Positions 1 through 13,571 of a stretch of DNA of 64,000 nt are shown here, piece by piece. Below the pieces are notes generated by a model. That model made no database searches. It was not told the origin of the DNA and saw only the letters and a program-made list of their open reading frames with translations. Source of the stretch: Spongospora subterranea f. sp. subterranea (taxonomy: Eukaryota). Both the position numbers and the translations under genes were made by a program. The stretch spans positions 62,001 to 126,000 of the forward strand of contig JAUGWO010000046.1 of assembly GCA_049724395.1 (NCBI GenBank), read 5' to 3'. Every line of letters starts with the position of its first letter. The first letter of the stretch is position 1.

Positions 1-385
1 TCCTGTTGCCAGGCCAGATGTTTCTCCATATGGTGCGCCGCCAGGCATTGCCCAGGCCTCTGGTAGAACTTCATATACAGGCGTCTGTTTATTCTGTTTC
101 AACTTGCCGATGGAATACGACGAGAATTCTTTAAGGAGCATGTTTTGCCAGTTCGGTGTGGTCTCGAACGTGAAAGTAATGAGAGATCCGCTAACAGGTC
201 GCAGCAAAGGTTACGGATTTGTCAATCTTGCAACGGAGGAACAAGCACTTGCCGCAATCGCCGCCTTGAATGGATATCCTATCGCCGGCAAAGCACTAAA
301 AGTGCAATTCAAGACTCCGGGTCCAGGAACAGGATCGGTAGCCCCAGTCGGGATGCCAACACAGCAGGTACCTGGATATTATTGA
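1..385 (+). CDS. RRM RNA-binding protein (ELAV/Hu/Sxl-like last RRM), 5'-truncated by window edge
   Basis: RNP2-like LFCFNLP, then VKVMRD..TGRSKGYGFVN (RNP1) and A..AI.ALNG..I.GK.LKVQFK; frame open from window start to TGA at 383-385. Confidence 0.85.
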   Translation, partial: PVARPDVSPYGAPPGIAQASGRTSYTGVCLFCFNLPMEYDENSLRSMFCQFGVVSNVKVMRDPLTGRSKGYGFVNLATEEQALAAIAALNGYPIAGKALKVQFKTPGPGTGSVAPVGMPTQQVPGYY

Positions 386-827
386 TCGCTTGGGTTTGTA
401 ACGGTTCCGTTATCGTCTCCAAAAATATTAGTCCGACGAATAATCCGATTATCTGTCTCTGTCGAGGTTCATACATACAATTATAATCCATTTATCGTTA
501 ATTCATTGCGTTGTTGTTGTGATCTTACTCAGTTATTCATTGGCATTGATTAATTGCCGGTCGTTGATATATCTGTATCACCATTGCGGTTGTTAGTTAA
601 ATCCTCTAGTGCGAGCGTTGATACTCCTCGCCCTTTACTCTTGTTTCCTGTGGTTTGGTTGTGATTTTGTTGTAAAAAAAACGAGTTGCTTCTATTATCG
701 AGATGGACTAGTTTTTGCAATAAACTGATGCTATAAATCTGCTTTGACCGCGAATCGGTCCGCCCGGGGTTTTTCAGAATATTTAGTCCGTGGAACTGTC
801 GTTTCTCCATTGTTGATTGCGTTGAAA

Positions 828-1784
828 ATGACGCTGACCGTATCCAATAGCGAATGGAAATTGGTTAGCAGAAGACGTGCTTTCAACCGTCGAAAGTCTT
901 GTAATCCCGCAATCGATAATTCGTGTAGTAATGTTCCCTACCCAGTAGATTTTATATGCCGTCGGATGCCCAATGTTGTCAGCTCATTATCCAGAACCCC
1001 ATTTTTCACGTCTGCTCATCAATGGCTCAGCAATCACGCTTTTTTCATGCGCAACGAGCATATCGATATTGTCTGCTATGGGATAGGGAGGTGGGTTTAT
1101 CCATGGATATCAGGGTCTTGATTGTACTAATAACGATCAGGTTTGGTGGCAGTCGTGCCGCACAACATCAGCTGGCCTTCCTCATGCTTTTAGTAATAGC
1201 TTGGAAGGACCGTATCAGGCATCCGGTGTTAGTGTACGACCCACTATTGGATGTAAACGAACGGGAGTACCTAAAATCGGCATGTCTAACCGATATTGCA
1301 CTCAACGAAGAAGGTCGACGAAAGGTCACACGACCAACGCTATTTTACATGCCACATTGTGGTCGAGCTTTGTACAAGTAAATGTTCAAACTTGGTTCAT
1401 CTATAGATTTTCTGATGTTGATCTTAGTAATCTTCTGGGTGCTAATTGGTCCACTTTAGAGAACGTCTGTGTATTGGGGAATTCCCTGGTAATGTCAACT
1501 AGATGACAAATGGTTTATCTCACAGTGATAATGTCAACAACAGGATCGTTATTGCTCTGCGAGCAAACAAAGCGACGATGATATCTTCATCAGGGCGCTA
1601 GAAGCGTTCTGGTCCGCAGACGCCTGTTCGTATGAGGATCCGGGATGAAGTCTGTTTGGGCGCTTTTAACGATCTCTCAGTCCACTACTTCACTCGAGAA
1701 GCCTTGAACAAGCTACCTACACATCTCAATGCCAAACTTGCAGACTCAGAAACCATAATTAGTGCAATTCGCATCGGACAATGA
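828..1784 (+). CDS. SRRD: SRR1-like domain protein, multi-exon
   Basis: Motifs VCYGIG, A.HQLAFL, VYDP, NEEGRR.V.RPTLFYMPHC..ALY, NLL.ANWS...L.N..VLGNS, and AFNDLS.H.F joined across ~50-nt GT-AG introns (e.g. 1091-1140). Confidence 0.85.
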
Positions 1785-1877
1785 TCAACAGCTTACGTCA
1801 ATATATATTCACAGTATTGTGCAATGATATACGTTATAAACTATATTAAATATGGTAGATATGTTTAAATTAATCCT

Positions 1878-4800
1878 TCAACCAGTAGCGATGATGCACC
1901 CGTCTGCTTTCCCAGCGACAAAGGTTCCGGAATCGTTAAGTATTCCAACCGCATTTACATTAGCCTTTGATTTTGCCCCTAATAGCGTTATTCGTTGAAA
2001 ATGCTCTTCGAACGCGGTTTCGAATTGATAATCTTCGACAACTTTTGCAAGCCCGACTTTCTGCCCAACACCAAATACAATGTCACTTCCATGAATCGCT
2101 ATAGAGCAAACAGGAATAGGGCCGGTTTGGATGAGCTGTGCAAGACTAGGAACAACTTGCGCTGGGAGTAATTTCCAAACACTGATATTTCCATGGATGC
2201 CAGAACTTAACAAGAGGCTGTCCCCGAAGAACATCAATTCGAGAATAGAACCATCGTTAGACTTCCATGAGTGCAAAATGATGCCTGCAAAGCCCTGCTG
2301 TGAATACGTAAAAGCAAAGGAGTACTGAGCACCTACCCGTACGGCTATCCAAAACGAAAATATAGCCTGAAGCCAGGCCACATGCGACTTTCAAACCTGA
2401 TGTGTCACTTGCAATTCTTCTCACAGAATGGCTGTCAGTTGTGCTAATCCTAGAACGATACATTCATATTTTGTCCAAATTGACTGCAAAGCAAATACCT
2501 GCCAGCTTGATCTATCAAGTTCCACGACAATACGTTTCGGTCCAAACGGATATCTAATGTTTGAATGACTGATTGATCATTGCCAGCGATAAGAATACTG
2601 TGAGATGTAAACCACCGGTCTTGGTTTATGATAGAAGTGAACATCATTGACGATGTGCTTCGTGCAAAAGATCTGGCACATACAGATGTGTTGATATCCC
2701 AAAGTTTCACAGACATCCCCGTTGCAGTGGCAATGTTTTCAGAAGCAGTTGGCCCTAACATAACCAACAGTTTCAGCAATAAACTCGTAAAGATTGCGTT
2801 GTTACCAGCATAAATCAACAAGAGGTTGTTCTTCAACGCATAAAAGCCGATTGCTCATCATGTTGCAACTGATAGATGATAAATGTGCTTGTTCGCGAGA
2901 CAGCGTGGCGAAACTACGCTTCATGAGTATTATTAATGCATAAATCAGCAACATGTCACCTTCCAAGCCATGGATGTACAGCTAGCCTCAATATGGAAGA
3001 ATTGTGCGCTGAATTATCGGAATGTTTTACAGCACATTTCAACGTCCTACAGCAACGATGATCGAAGGTTCGGTTTTTGAAAAACTAAGAAACTGACCAA
3101 ATTCCAGATTTATCATAAAATCCCCACGATGCCGTGATCGAGAAGTCTCGCTCTTCTGCGATCAAACATGATTTCATCCGGACAGCTAAAACAAAGTACA
3201 ACCGATATCAGTGTGGAGAATTTTAAAACATAGGGCAACATTTTACAAGGTTCTGGATTGGGTGAGGGAACACCTTCAAGATTGTTCAAGCAATGCCTTT
3301 GTTTCAACGCAGCAAGAAGATTAGGAGGAAGAAAAAAGTTGATTGGGTTGGGGTCAGCAATCCTTGTTAAAGCAATGCAGGCAGAATTCAAGACTGTATC
3401 GGCAGCTGGAGAGACATCAGCAATTATGGACTGAATGATGGGAACAATGGCCATTGCGATTCTAGACGTCAGCTCGGGTGAATCAAGTAAGGGAATTGCC
3501 TGCGATGAATTTGTCAGAAACTCCTTGAACATGCGACCATACCAACGACTGACCTGAATCACGATACGCAGCAGGCAGGCTGCATTCCCGCAATCATCGA
3601 AAAGCTCATGACGTGATAGCAAATGTATAAGCAACGGTGTGCGATCGTTCTCTTCGCCTCTAACACCGCAACGAATCAAAAGCGATCGACTCAGCGATGT
3701 GGACAATATAGGTAGCATTGCATCTAAGATAAACATCCCTGTAAAAGTGATTGAATCGATACACTTCCCCGATACAGCGCATAGAACCACCTGCAGCTAT
3801 ACGAGATCGAGAGGCAAGCAGGCGTCGCATTACAGGGATGATTAGCTCCGGGCCGTTGGGGGTGGATTTAGAGATCGCCATCAGGGTTTCAACAGAGGAA
3901 GGATTTCGGAGCCTAGATGCCAAAGGTAGAACAATACCACGAAATGCAGTGTCGTAATCGAGCGCATTGATCAAGACGACAACCGCTTCCGGGTTGTTCA
4001 TCGACGAAACAAAAGGTAAATAGTGACGAACTAGCCAAATTCTGTGCAAGCAATACATCAATTCCAAAGTAGGTGGCCACCGTATGTAAAACCTGCCGAG
4101 GTTGTGTGTCATTGTGCGCATGAAAGATTTAGAAAGATAATCAGGGGAAGATGAACGCGATCGAAGCTGACCATTTATATAAGCCTGAATTATCGTTGGG
4201 GCAATCCCTGGACCCAGCCGTGTCGCCATCAATTCGAGGAGGCGGCAGGAGGGCGAAAATGACAAGCACATGGGAACTGTAAAATTAAACAATCTGCTTT
4301 GATCTGTCACTTTGTCAAAAAAACACAGCACAAACCTAGGAGAACATAAAGTTGCGGTTCCAGCCTCATTAAAGGCGGCGTTTGTAGAGCAGATATTGCA
4401 TATTCACATGGTTGCGCCGAAACCATCATTTCGGACATAAATTTGTATAGTACATGAATTCCTGTAAAACTCATCTTATGACAATGCAATGAATGCAACA
4501 TCTCATACCGGGAGGAAAGAGTTTCGAATGAATAATTTCGAAGGCTGAGGGAGGAGTGTCACTACGAGTAAGTGCATTGATTACAAACTGAAGCGGTGGT
4601 GATAGTTTATGCAAACTGGACGGGGCAGAATGGTTGCCTTTTGAAAAAAGGGGATATGAACTACCGGTGCATATCTGATATAGAGTACACCCAAGAGCGA
4701 AAAGGTCGGATTTGAACGGGCAATCGCTTCTACAATTAAAGAATAAACTAGTGGCGAAAGCAGTGATACAGTAGAAAAGTCACTAACCCATTTGCAAAAC

Positions 4801-6965
4801 ATCCATGAAGTGGGGAAAACTGTTCAGCAGAGAATAAAAGAACTTTACGGATGTCGTCGGCGCTAGAAAATGCACGTGTCGGGTGCGGCGAGGTGAAAAT
4901 ACATTGAAATCCGCCACTCGACAAAAGTGGAACTGGATCAGTAGATTGGAATGTAAACAAAATAATTCTGAATAGATTGATTACCATTTTTTACTTGCAC
5001 GGCCGCTTCTCCGTTTAGACGATAACCAAAAGTGAGATCTATCCAGTGATGAAGGCTTTTGGAAATTTCAGGACTTTCCAATTTCGAAGAATGCCACTCT
5101 ATAAAGGAACGAGGAGATGGACACCATGAAGGCAGCACCAGGGAAAGAAGGCCCTGGTCCTAAGGGGTACCGTCAGCATTGCAATAAGAATAAACACCAT
5201 GCGCAGAAAACGTGCCTGATGGATAGATTCGAAGATAGTTTCGTCAGTATAAAATTCGGGAATACACTCGTCTGGGGTCCATTGATACAGTTGAGCCATA
5301 GACGAAGGGTATTCGTTAGGTTCAAAATTTGACCTAACAACAGCGCGAAGGCGGGAAATTGGGGTACGTCTGTAAGAAGAAAAAGTCAATCGCAACGCAA
5401 CCTCAAAAAAAGTGGGATCAACAACCGTGAACGATATACACAGAGAGTCAGATCAGAAAGCATTTCAGGAATATGATGCCGTGGTTGCGCATCAGGAGCG
5501 TCGTTGCTGAATTGAAAATCCAGTTGTTCGTCACCTGCACGAAAGAAGACAGGGTTCATTTAAACTGAAGATAACTCGGCCGCACGAAAGCAGCAACCTT
5601 TTTTCAAACGAAATTTAGTCTGGACAGCAATGTTAGCAAGCGATGAATTTGATAAATCTTTCCTTGTACCGATTTAAGATCTCTAACCTCGCAGCTTTCA
5701 TGTTGAAAATCATGAACCCACGGTAACACCGGATGGAAATGCGGACGATTAGGTACACGACCGGCAATATGGTTGAGATGCATCAGATAATCGAAATTAG
5801 TAACTTTTCCTGAAGCCCATCCAACCATAATTGAATCCGGCTTGACAACGCAACTTTTCCTGTGATGCCCGAGGTTTGCGATTGCAAATAAATGTAAACT
5901 AAACGGATATACCGAACTATTTGGCGAAGACTTTGCAGATGGAGGGAGAGCCAATTCTTTGATTTATCGAACCCAAAATTTTCAGGACGTATTGCGCCAT
6001 GAATAATCTATAAGCTGTGATAAGTCTGACTGAAGAGCATTGATGTTGAGGCAATTACGCCTTGACTATGAAGGAAATCAACGGCATGAACGGCCTGAAA
6101 CATACGGAACAAAATGGAATACTCATCGATAGATTCCTGGCATGAGCGCAAATGAGACAAAACCACGAGAAGAACGAGAAGTAACAAACCGCAATGAGTG
6201 GCCGTGGCTGCCTTAAATGTGATTGAAGACTATATGGATTTGGAGCAAATACTGCAATGAATGCGTCCGAAGTGTTGATCGTATTAAGAAGTTCTGCAAT
6301 GCCAGCATGTCTACGGCGAAAACCATGTCGCGGTGGCCTTTGAGCATTGGAAGAGGAAACCATTTCATAATCCTGGACAAGATAATTATCCAAGAAAATT
6401 TCTAAGCAGACGATGAATGCAATACATAATCGTAATCAACTGGCTGATAGAGTCGGGCAAGAACACGCAATGCGATATCCTAAAAGGCGGCTATTAACCC
6501 TCGAAAAGAAAAACAGGCAAAAGACAACGACCTGGACGTTTTCATCTCGTTCAAATGAAGTGACTTTGCGAGTGTAAGGGTCGAATGATGGGTAGACAAA
6601 TATCCTCAATCAACACCTCAATAGTGGGAAATAGTGCCTCAGATAGGCGTGTTGAGACGGTTGGATCTCGATCCGATAATGGATCATACAATATGATGCT
6701 GCTACAAAGTTGAGAAAAGGTAAACCAGAAAACGCAAGTTGCAACATACTTGCATTGGGATTTTGTCGAACAAACAACCCAAAGCAGAACAACGCTACCT
6801 GGCGCAACACCCAGCTCGACACTATCATCATCATCAACCTAGGAGAATTACAGTTATTGAAAGGAAAAATCGAGACCGATTAACAAAGCCGAATGTCACA
6901 TTAAGGCACATCTAACAAAAATCAAGTACCTCTAATTCCAACTGACTCCAGACTTAATGCCTGTC
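1878..6965 (-). CDS. WDR81: WDR81/GFS12-like BEACH-domain protein with C-terminal WD40 repeats, many introns; 5' end approximate
   Basis: W..GKVTNFDYLMHLN..AGR...FHPVLPWV.DF; RTPIS.LRAVVRSNFEPNEYPSSMAQLYQWTPDECIPEFY; LPSWC....FIEWH..KLES..IS..LH.WIDLTFGY.L.G.AAV; WD-like SVKLWDI/ISVWKL at the C terminus. Confidence 0.85.
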
Positions 6966-7566
6966 GGTTTTATACAATTCACAAAGGAACCCCAACATGA
7001 AAAAAAAAACAAAATCTTGGACGTTAACATCAGCTGGAAGTGAATTATCTGAAACAATAGCTATGTGGGCGATGGTCTGATGCTAAGGGATAACTTTGGA
7101 ACAGTTTGAAACACAATCTCTGTGGTGTATTGTATTTCAAAGCAAACAACAACAAAACCACATGACCAAAGTCAAAGGTTCAAAGTGTTCAGGTAATTCC
7201 CTTACTATGATTTCATGATAATGCGGCGAATTTTCGAGGCACGTATCTTTGACATAATTGCAACATCTCTGTGGAGGAGACATTGGTATTGGTCTGGTTG
7301 ATCTATTAGGGCGGTTTATCTCCCCATCGAGGAGAATATCGTTGACTGTCCGCCTGGGAAGTGTGTGTAGGTGTAGGTATACCCTGACAATAATGGTATT
7401 GCTGGATCAAGGTGGCCACGCACAATTCACCATCACACACATGTGTGTATCGGAATAACATATCATGGGAAACATCAAACGTAACGATGTTGGAGTTGAT
7501 CGTGGGGGAGACACTGAAACAGTCCATTCATGTCAAGGATCAGTTATTCTGAACACGATATTAGGG

Positions 7567-7684
7567 CTAAAGACGCCAAATGACTGAACGTCACGATCCC
7601 TAAGATCGCGGCACAATGTGTCGACACTCGCCCTCTAAGACGCCAAAAGACTCAATAAAACCCCAACAATAGCGGCACAATGTG
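7567..7684. repeat. Degenerate ~65-bp tandem duplication (2 units)
   Basis: AAGACGCCAAA at 7570 and 7637; GCGGCACAATGTG at 7608 and 7672. Confidence 0.6.
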
Positions 7685-8139
7685 CACCAACACGAGTAAA
7701 CAGTAAACATCGTTTAATTAGATTATCATTCAGGGATTATGGAGGCAAGTAATATTTGTCAAACATCCGAAACACACATTTTGAGAACATTCAACCCAAC
7801 TTGGCCTGAGGAAGCGTCTGACACATCGCACGATCATTTCAAGCTTCACCGAGCGAGGGTGTTATTCGAACGCATGTGTATGGGCTTCGCAAGTCCATCA
7901 AAATTGTCCCTGGAAACCCGTGATGACCCGAAGATATTGGCGCCCAAATTCTGGCCTATAGAGCCCTGACCAGTCTGGGGATTGAGATAGGGCGATGTGT
8001 ACTCCAGTCACGGAGTTTTAAGACGGTCACCAGTAACGCAGTATTTGAATCGACCTTTGATATCGGATTGCCGTTCCGCCGCGTTCTCAGATTTGAGGGC
8101 GCCGTCCTAGTGCGACGGATTCAAACGATCCGTCTGCAT

Positions 8140-10063
8140 ATGAGCGTCGATATTGAAAGCGATGCTCAGGCAGCGCCTAAATTGCCGATTCCAACGCTTG
8201 TCGGTTCTATTGTCCATGGATTTTGGACGCTGAATGAGAAGAACGCCATATTGGCAGTGGCCATTTTGGTGCTGTCTATGAAGGTGAAGCTGTTCCCACC
8301 TCAAAATTTGTGCCGAATGCCAAGCACGTTGCCATTAAGATATCCAGGACTAAGATATCATCAAAGGAGATTACATCCCTAAGAGCTATGCGTAAGCGTC
8401 TCTCAGTTTTCATGCTGCGTTCATTGACTTGGTATGTTTTCAAGGTGGAATCGGAGCCCCTGAGATGTTTTATCATGGCATAACATCGGCGGGATGGCAT
8501 GTTGTTGTCATGGAACGTTGTGGAAAATCTTTGTATAGCGTCATTGAACAGAGGGCCAAAGGCAAGAATCAATCATGGGTGTTGAACGTTTCCGAGGCCA
8601 GAGACGTATCAATGCAAGCATTGCAATTGATTAGGCGGCTTCATTCATTGGGTTATGTACATGCTGATATTAAACCAGCCAACCTGGTCTGTGCACCGGG
8701 CGGCAGCGACTTCACCAAAGGTGTCCGATTGGTCGATTTTGGCCTGTCCAGGCCGTGGAGGAACAGTGCCGGTAAACACATTGAGTATTGGCAGCATTTA
8801 ACCCATTTTGCCGGTTCACTACGTTATGCTTCACTTCATGCTCATCTCGGTCGTGGCCTGACAAGGCGTGATGATCTTGAGTCGTTAGGTTATATGATGT
8901 TATATCTAATTAGGGGCTCATTACCGTGGCAAGGATTTCGCGGCGAAAACAAGGGCAAGTTTATATGTCTGGCAAAAGGTGCAGCATCTATCTCAGATAT
9001 ATGTCGCGGATGTCCTGAGAGCCTCATGTACTACATGGCCAATGTTCGTTCCATTGCATACAACGAGAAGCCCGACTACGACTACCTGATGAAATGTCTT
9101 GACTTTGATCGTGTCGACATCAACCACATTTCCGTCGGAGTCGGCGACAATGCTGAAAACGGCAATGGCTCTACAGGAAATACCGAACCACTGTTGCTCA
9201 GCAAAAACAACAAGCGTGGCGAAAGACCCACTGATCTGGAAGAGCTGGCGCCGATCGTGAAAAAGCACCGTGTGGTCCCGAGCGTTAGAAAGGTGTATCA
9301 ATGGATTATTGTCTCAACACAGCACGAAGACGTGGCTCCACCCCAGCAAATGATCACTCACACTGATTTATCCGGCCTGGAAAAAGGGATCGTAGCGGCT
9401 TCCAAACCTGGCAGGACGGGACCTCGTTCTGTTCGTTGGCGTATCGCGTCGATATGTTATGCTGAACAGTCATTCAAAGCAGTCCTAACGCATGACACTC
9501 TAGGTGGTCGGATTAAAGAGCAGAAGTTATTCAGGGCGACCACTGACGCTGACTTCCTCGATCTAGTTGAGAAACTGTCATTGCGCGGTATGTCCATCAC
9601 AGATGTTTGCGGAATTCCGTCCGGTTGGGTTTTGTGCGGTACGGTTTTCAAGCACGACCATTATTGTTGCAATCAGATGTTTGCTCTATCTGAGACGTTC
9701 CCCTCCCAGTGGGTCGCTGATAACTGGGACAATGGATACTTCATCACGTCCATTGGCTCCAAAGCCGCCAAATGGGCGATTGTCATGAGTAGACACGATT
9801 ATGCTGAATACGAGGCGCAAACCGTTGAGCTGAGCTTCTGCTACCCTTCGGAGTCGATTCGGGCGCGATGGAGGGATGGATATTCAGTAACCGCTTCGGC
9901 ATGTACATTGGAGCAATCCGCCTGGGTTTTATCACGATGTGCACACGGTGATGAAGTCGTTCAACGATGCACGCGTACTTCTCATGACCCCTTCTTAAAG
10001 CTGGCGCAGGAGAATGAGCAGCAGTTCACTATCGATTCGTTAACCTTTGGTCGGGTCGAGTAA
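8140..10063 (+). CDS. Casein kinase 1-family Ser/Thr kinase with MUT9-like kinase (MLK/PPK/AEL)-type C-terminal domain
   Basis: IGSGHFGAVYEG (8250-8285) and VAIK; intron 8392-8444; then HADIKPAN, DFGLS, GSLRYASLHAHLGR..TRRDDLESL, GSLPWQG; C-terminal SETFP..W...W..GY.ITS...W..VMSR...Q.VEL.F.YPSE.I..RW..GY; frame break near 8236-8243. Confidence 0.85.
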
Positions 10064-10577
10064 ATGTCCAAGCTCGCGATAATTATTCCTTTGTCATACA
10101 TATATCATATTATTTTTCACAATCCTTTCGATTTTAATTTGACCACGTTAACACTTACTGTTTATGTCTGTCTCATTTCAGACTTCATAACAACAATCAA
10201 TACTTAACAACCTCAGATCCAGAGTACATAGTTCTCGCAAATCTACATTAAAACATTTCCACAATTGAGGGCAAGCCTTTATGCTCCTGAGATTCCTCAT
10301 TTACAGCCATCGCAGCGCCAAACGAGGATCTCCTCAAGAGGCTGCGCCTGATTTGTGATTGTCATTTCACATAAAAAATCGGTGTTGAGATATGTTTCAC
10401 ATTACAATCGATCTGATAAAAATCCCAATTGCCTCATAAGGGGTCGGCTTGAAATTACAGACAACCCCTCGGCAGCCGCCGCACGAGATAGACAACAGCT
10501 GTGCGAGCCAAAGGAGCGGGCTGTTCAAATTGACGGGTCGCAGCTTCAGCTGAGTCCATTTTTTGATCAAGCTATCA

Positions 10578-13423
10578 ATGATCCCGTCGAATTACAGGCT
10601 GGTACGGTGCGAGTCGCCCAAAGGCTCATCTATCGCTGCCGATCTGGCCACACCCGCGCCAACCAACTCGGCTTCTTTGATCGCCGCTAGCGGGGCATAC
10701 ACTGCTGCTGCGAGTTCGACCCCTGGGTCAATAATTGTGATTGGGCCAGAACCACAACCAACCACTATATTTGTATCCCATGTCAAGGTATCTTTTCAGC
10801 TTTTCCTGGTTTTGCTGCAACTAAGAATTTCGTTTGTCGCATAGCCGATCTCGGATATTGCATTTTCCCCGTTCAATTGGTCACTGCTGGCTTCCTGCTC
10901 GCTCGATGGATCAGCCAGATTCTGTGCTGCATCAGATAGCGGTGATTTTCAAGAGAAGTGGACTGCTTCGGTCTCAAATCAATCCAGTCTGAATTGCGTT
11001 CGCTTCCATCCTTCTTGTCGAAATGTCGCCTTTAGTGCAGGCGCCACAAGCTCGTTATTACTTGATTTGGCGCATGAGAAGCCAATTCTAGAATCTCCCG
11101 TTGGAGATCACTCAGTTGTTTCTGCAGACTTCTCTGCCGATGGAAGTTCGGTCATCATGGCTGCTACAGTTGCCGCTAGTGCTAGCGGTTTCTTGACCAT
11201 TCACGATCCCAGGCGTGCCATAGTGGCTTCTCAATGTAAAATTGACGCGCGACCACATTCGGTGCTGTCTGTCGGAAATTCGGGCCATATCGCCGTTTTG
11301 GGCAATAACCAATTTCGGGCACCTCAGTTGTTGATGTTCGACAATCGCAAGATGCTCTCTCCCATTTTAACTGAATCTCTACAGTTATCGGCCGGAATCT
11401 GTCTGCAAGTATTTGACCCCGACACCTCGCTCATATCTGTATCTACTCGTGGATCCACCTCAATGATGGTGTTCGACCTGAGCCAGACAGATCGACTACG
11501 CCATCTGACTACGTATATGTCCACATCAGTATTCCAGGGAATGGCTTCTAAGCCCAAACGCTCCCTCAATGTTTTATCTTGCGAAATAGCGCATATCAAG
11601 CAGATGACGACATCGTCCATCGAATCTATATCGTTATCAATCCCGCGGAAATCGCGAGGATTTCACCCTGATTTATTTCCGGACACGGCGTCCACTGAAA
11701 ATGAAGCCATTTCATTGGAAAAGTACATGGCTGGGGATAATGCGCTTCCAATCATACAACCTTTCAATATCGGCCCTATCATGATTTCTGACTCAATCTC
11801 GCAATCAGTGTCGAAACCATCTAATCTCACTCAAATCTCTAACATCTCAGTGCCTGCTGTTGCGTTAGCAAATCTTGAGGAAAACCGCAGCGATAATCGC
11901 AGAAGAATAGAAGCCAAATTGAAAAAGTCACTGGTGGCTCACGTATCCGGTCAAGAGCTACGTTCTCTAGACTCGTACTGGTATGGCATTAAACCCAACG
12001 AAGCCAGCATGCCCTTAGGCCTCAACCTGCTTACCAACGGCAAATGCATCGTTTTCCCTTGGAAATCGCTGGGTGCGTCTTCTCTGGCTGTTATTCCCAT
12101 TCATATCCGAGGGCGAGTTGATGCACAGATTCCTCTGGTTCGTGCTCATGGCCAGCAGTTGTCCTGTTTTGCTCTATCAGACATGGATCCAACAGTATTA
12201 GTTACTGGATGTGTTGACGCCCATGTACGCGTGTGGCGGATTCCTTCCAGCCGAATGTCTAGCAACATGCCGGATCTAACCGAGCCCATGGCGGATATCT
12301 TAACCCCCGGCAAGGTCACTTTCCTCGCTGTGAACCCGTTCCAACCGTCGGTTCTGGCTGTAGCGTCGCAATCGTACGATACTTCGATACTAACATTCTG
12401 GGATATATCAACTGCAGAATCAAGCCAAACATGTTGCATTAGCATCGATTGTCACCCTGATCAGATTATGAGTTTATCGTTCAACTGCGATGGTCGTCTC
12501 CTAGCGACTTCATGCAAAGATCGCCGTTGTCGCATTTTTGACCCTAGAGTTCAAAATACTCTCATAGCGTCATTTATGATGCTGGAGGGAGTAAGGGATA
12601 CCCATATAGTCTGGCTGGGGACATCAGGATATATATTAACCATTGGGTTCGGCAACGCCAGTTCTAGACAGTTCTCTATTTGGAAGGTGTTCAACAAAGA
12701 GAACGACGTTGGAAGTGTTGTTGGTGATCCTGTGTTGTTAACAACCCATGTTATTGACCAGACCAACACGACCATGGTATGTCTCTGACTCCATGTCTGA
12801 TCTAATGCTGAGTGTTTCGTAAGGTGCCCAATTACGACCCCGATACAGGTTTGCTTTACGTGGCTGGTATCGGGGATAAAACGATCCTGTTCTTTTACAT
12901 CGATCCTTCCAAGAGCGATATTGTCGAACCATTAGGAAGATATGTATGTGCAGATATTGTTTCAGGTATCACGTGGCATCGCAAGACGTCCTGCAACGTC
13001 TGCAGCGTTGAAATCGGTTGCGCATTGTCCTTATCAGGCGAACAGATAAAGCCGATATCGTTCAGCATTCCACGCAAGCGAAAGGAATACTTTCAGGACG
13101 ATCTTTACCCGCCAACAATGGTACCTGGCGAATGCGTATCGGCCATCGAATGGTTCTCGGGTAAAAACACTCCGATACTGCTGAAAAGCATGCTTCCGGA
13201 AGGCATGGGACCGTTATCATCAGCACCCCCGGAAGCGGTCACCGACCGTCAATTAAAGCGCCTCCAATATCTCAAATCTAACGAGGAAGCTCAAGCACAG
13301 CCCACCGTCCATGATCATATCACGTCAAAGTTGGCGAATGTTGAGGTGACCGCCGTGCCCACTAACCGTTGGGACGCAAAGCCGGTCCACGACGGGGCAG
13401 TAGCCGATGACGAATGGGAATAG
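10578..13423 (+). CDS. CORO7: Tandem (double) coronin, CORO7/POD-1-like
   Basis: Two coronin units each ending in PRK...F..DL(F/Y)P.T; WD repeats (H.DQIMSLSFN.DG.LLATSCKD..CRIFDPR); YDPDTGLLYVAG.GD; acidic tail ADDEWE; introns ~10788-10844 and ~12777-12823. Confidence 0.85.
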
Positions 13424-13571
13424 CGATTCCGCCCGTTCAATCGAGTGTTGTTCTTATGATTATTTATCTATTGTAGTATCAGATCGAACACTTCAACTAA
13501 AATATCCAATGATCCCTATAATCTCTACTGATCGTTCCATTGTTCTTTGTTGACATTGTAAGGGAAGGACC

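Noticed and set aside
7567..7684. Possible CRISPR-like repeat-spacer array
   Set aside because: Only two degenerate units in a eukaryotic context, with no cas genes.
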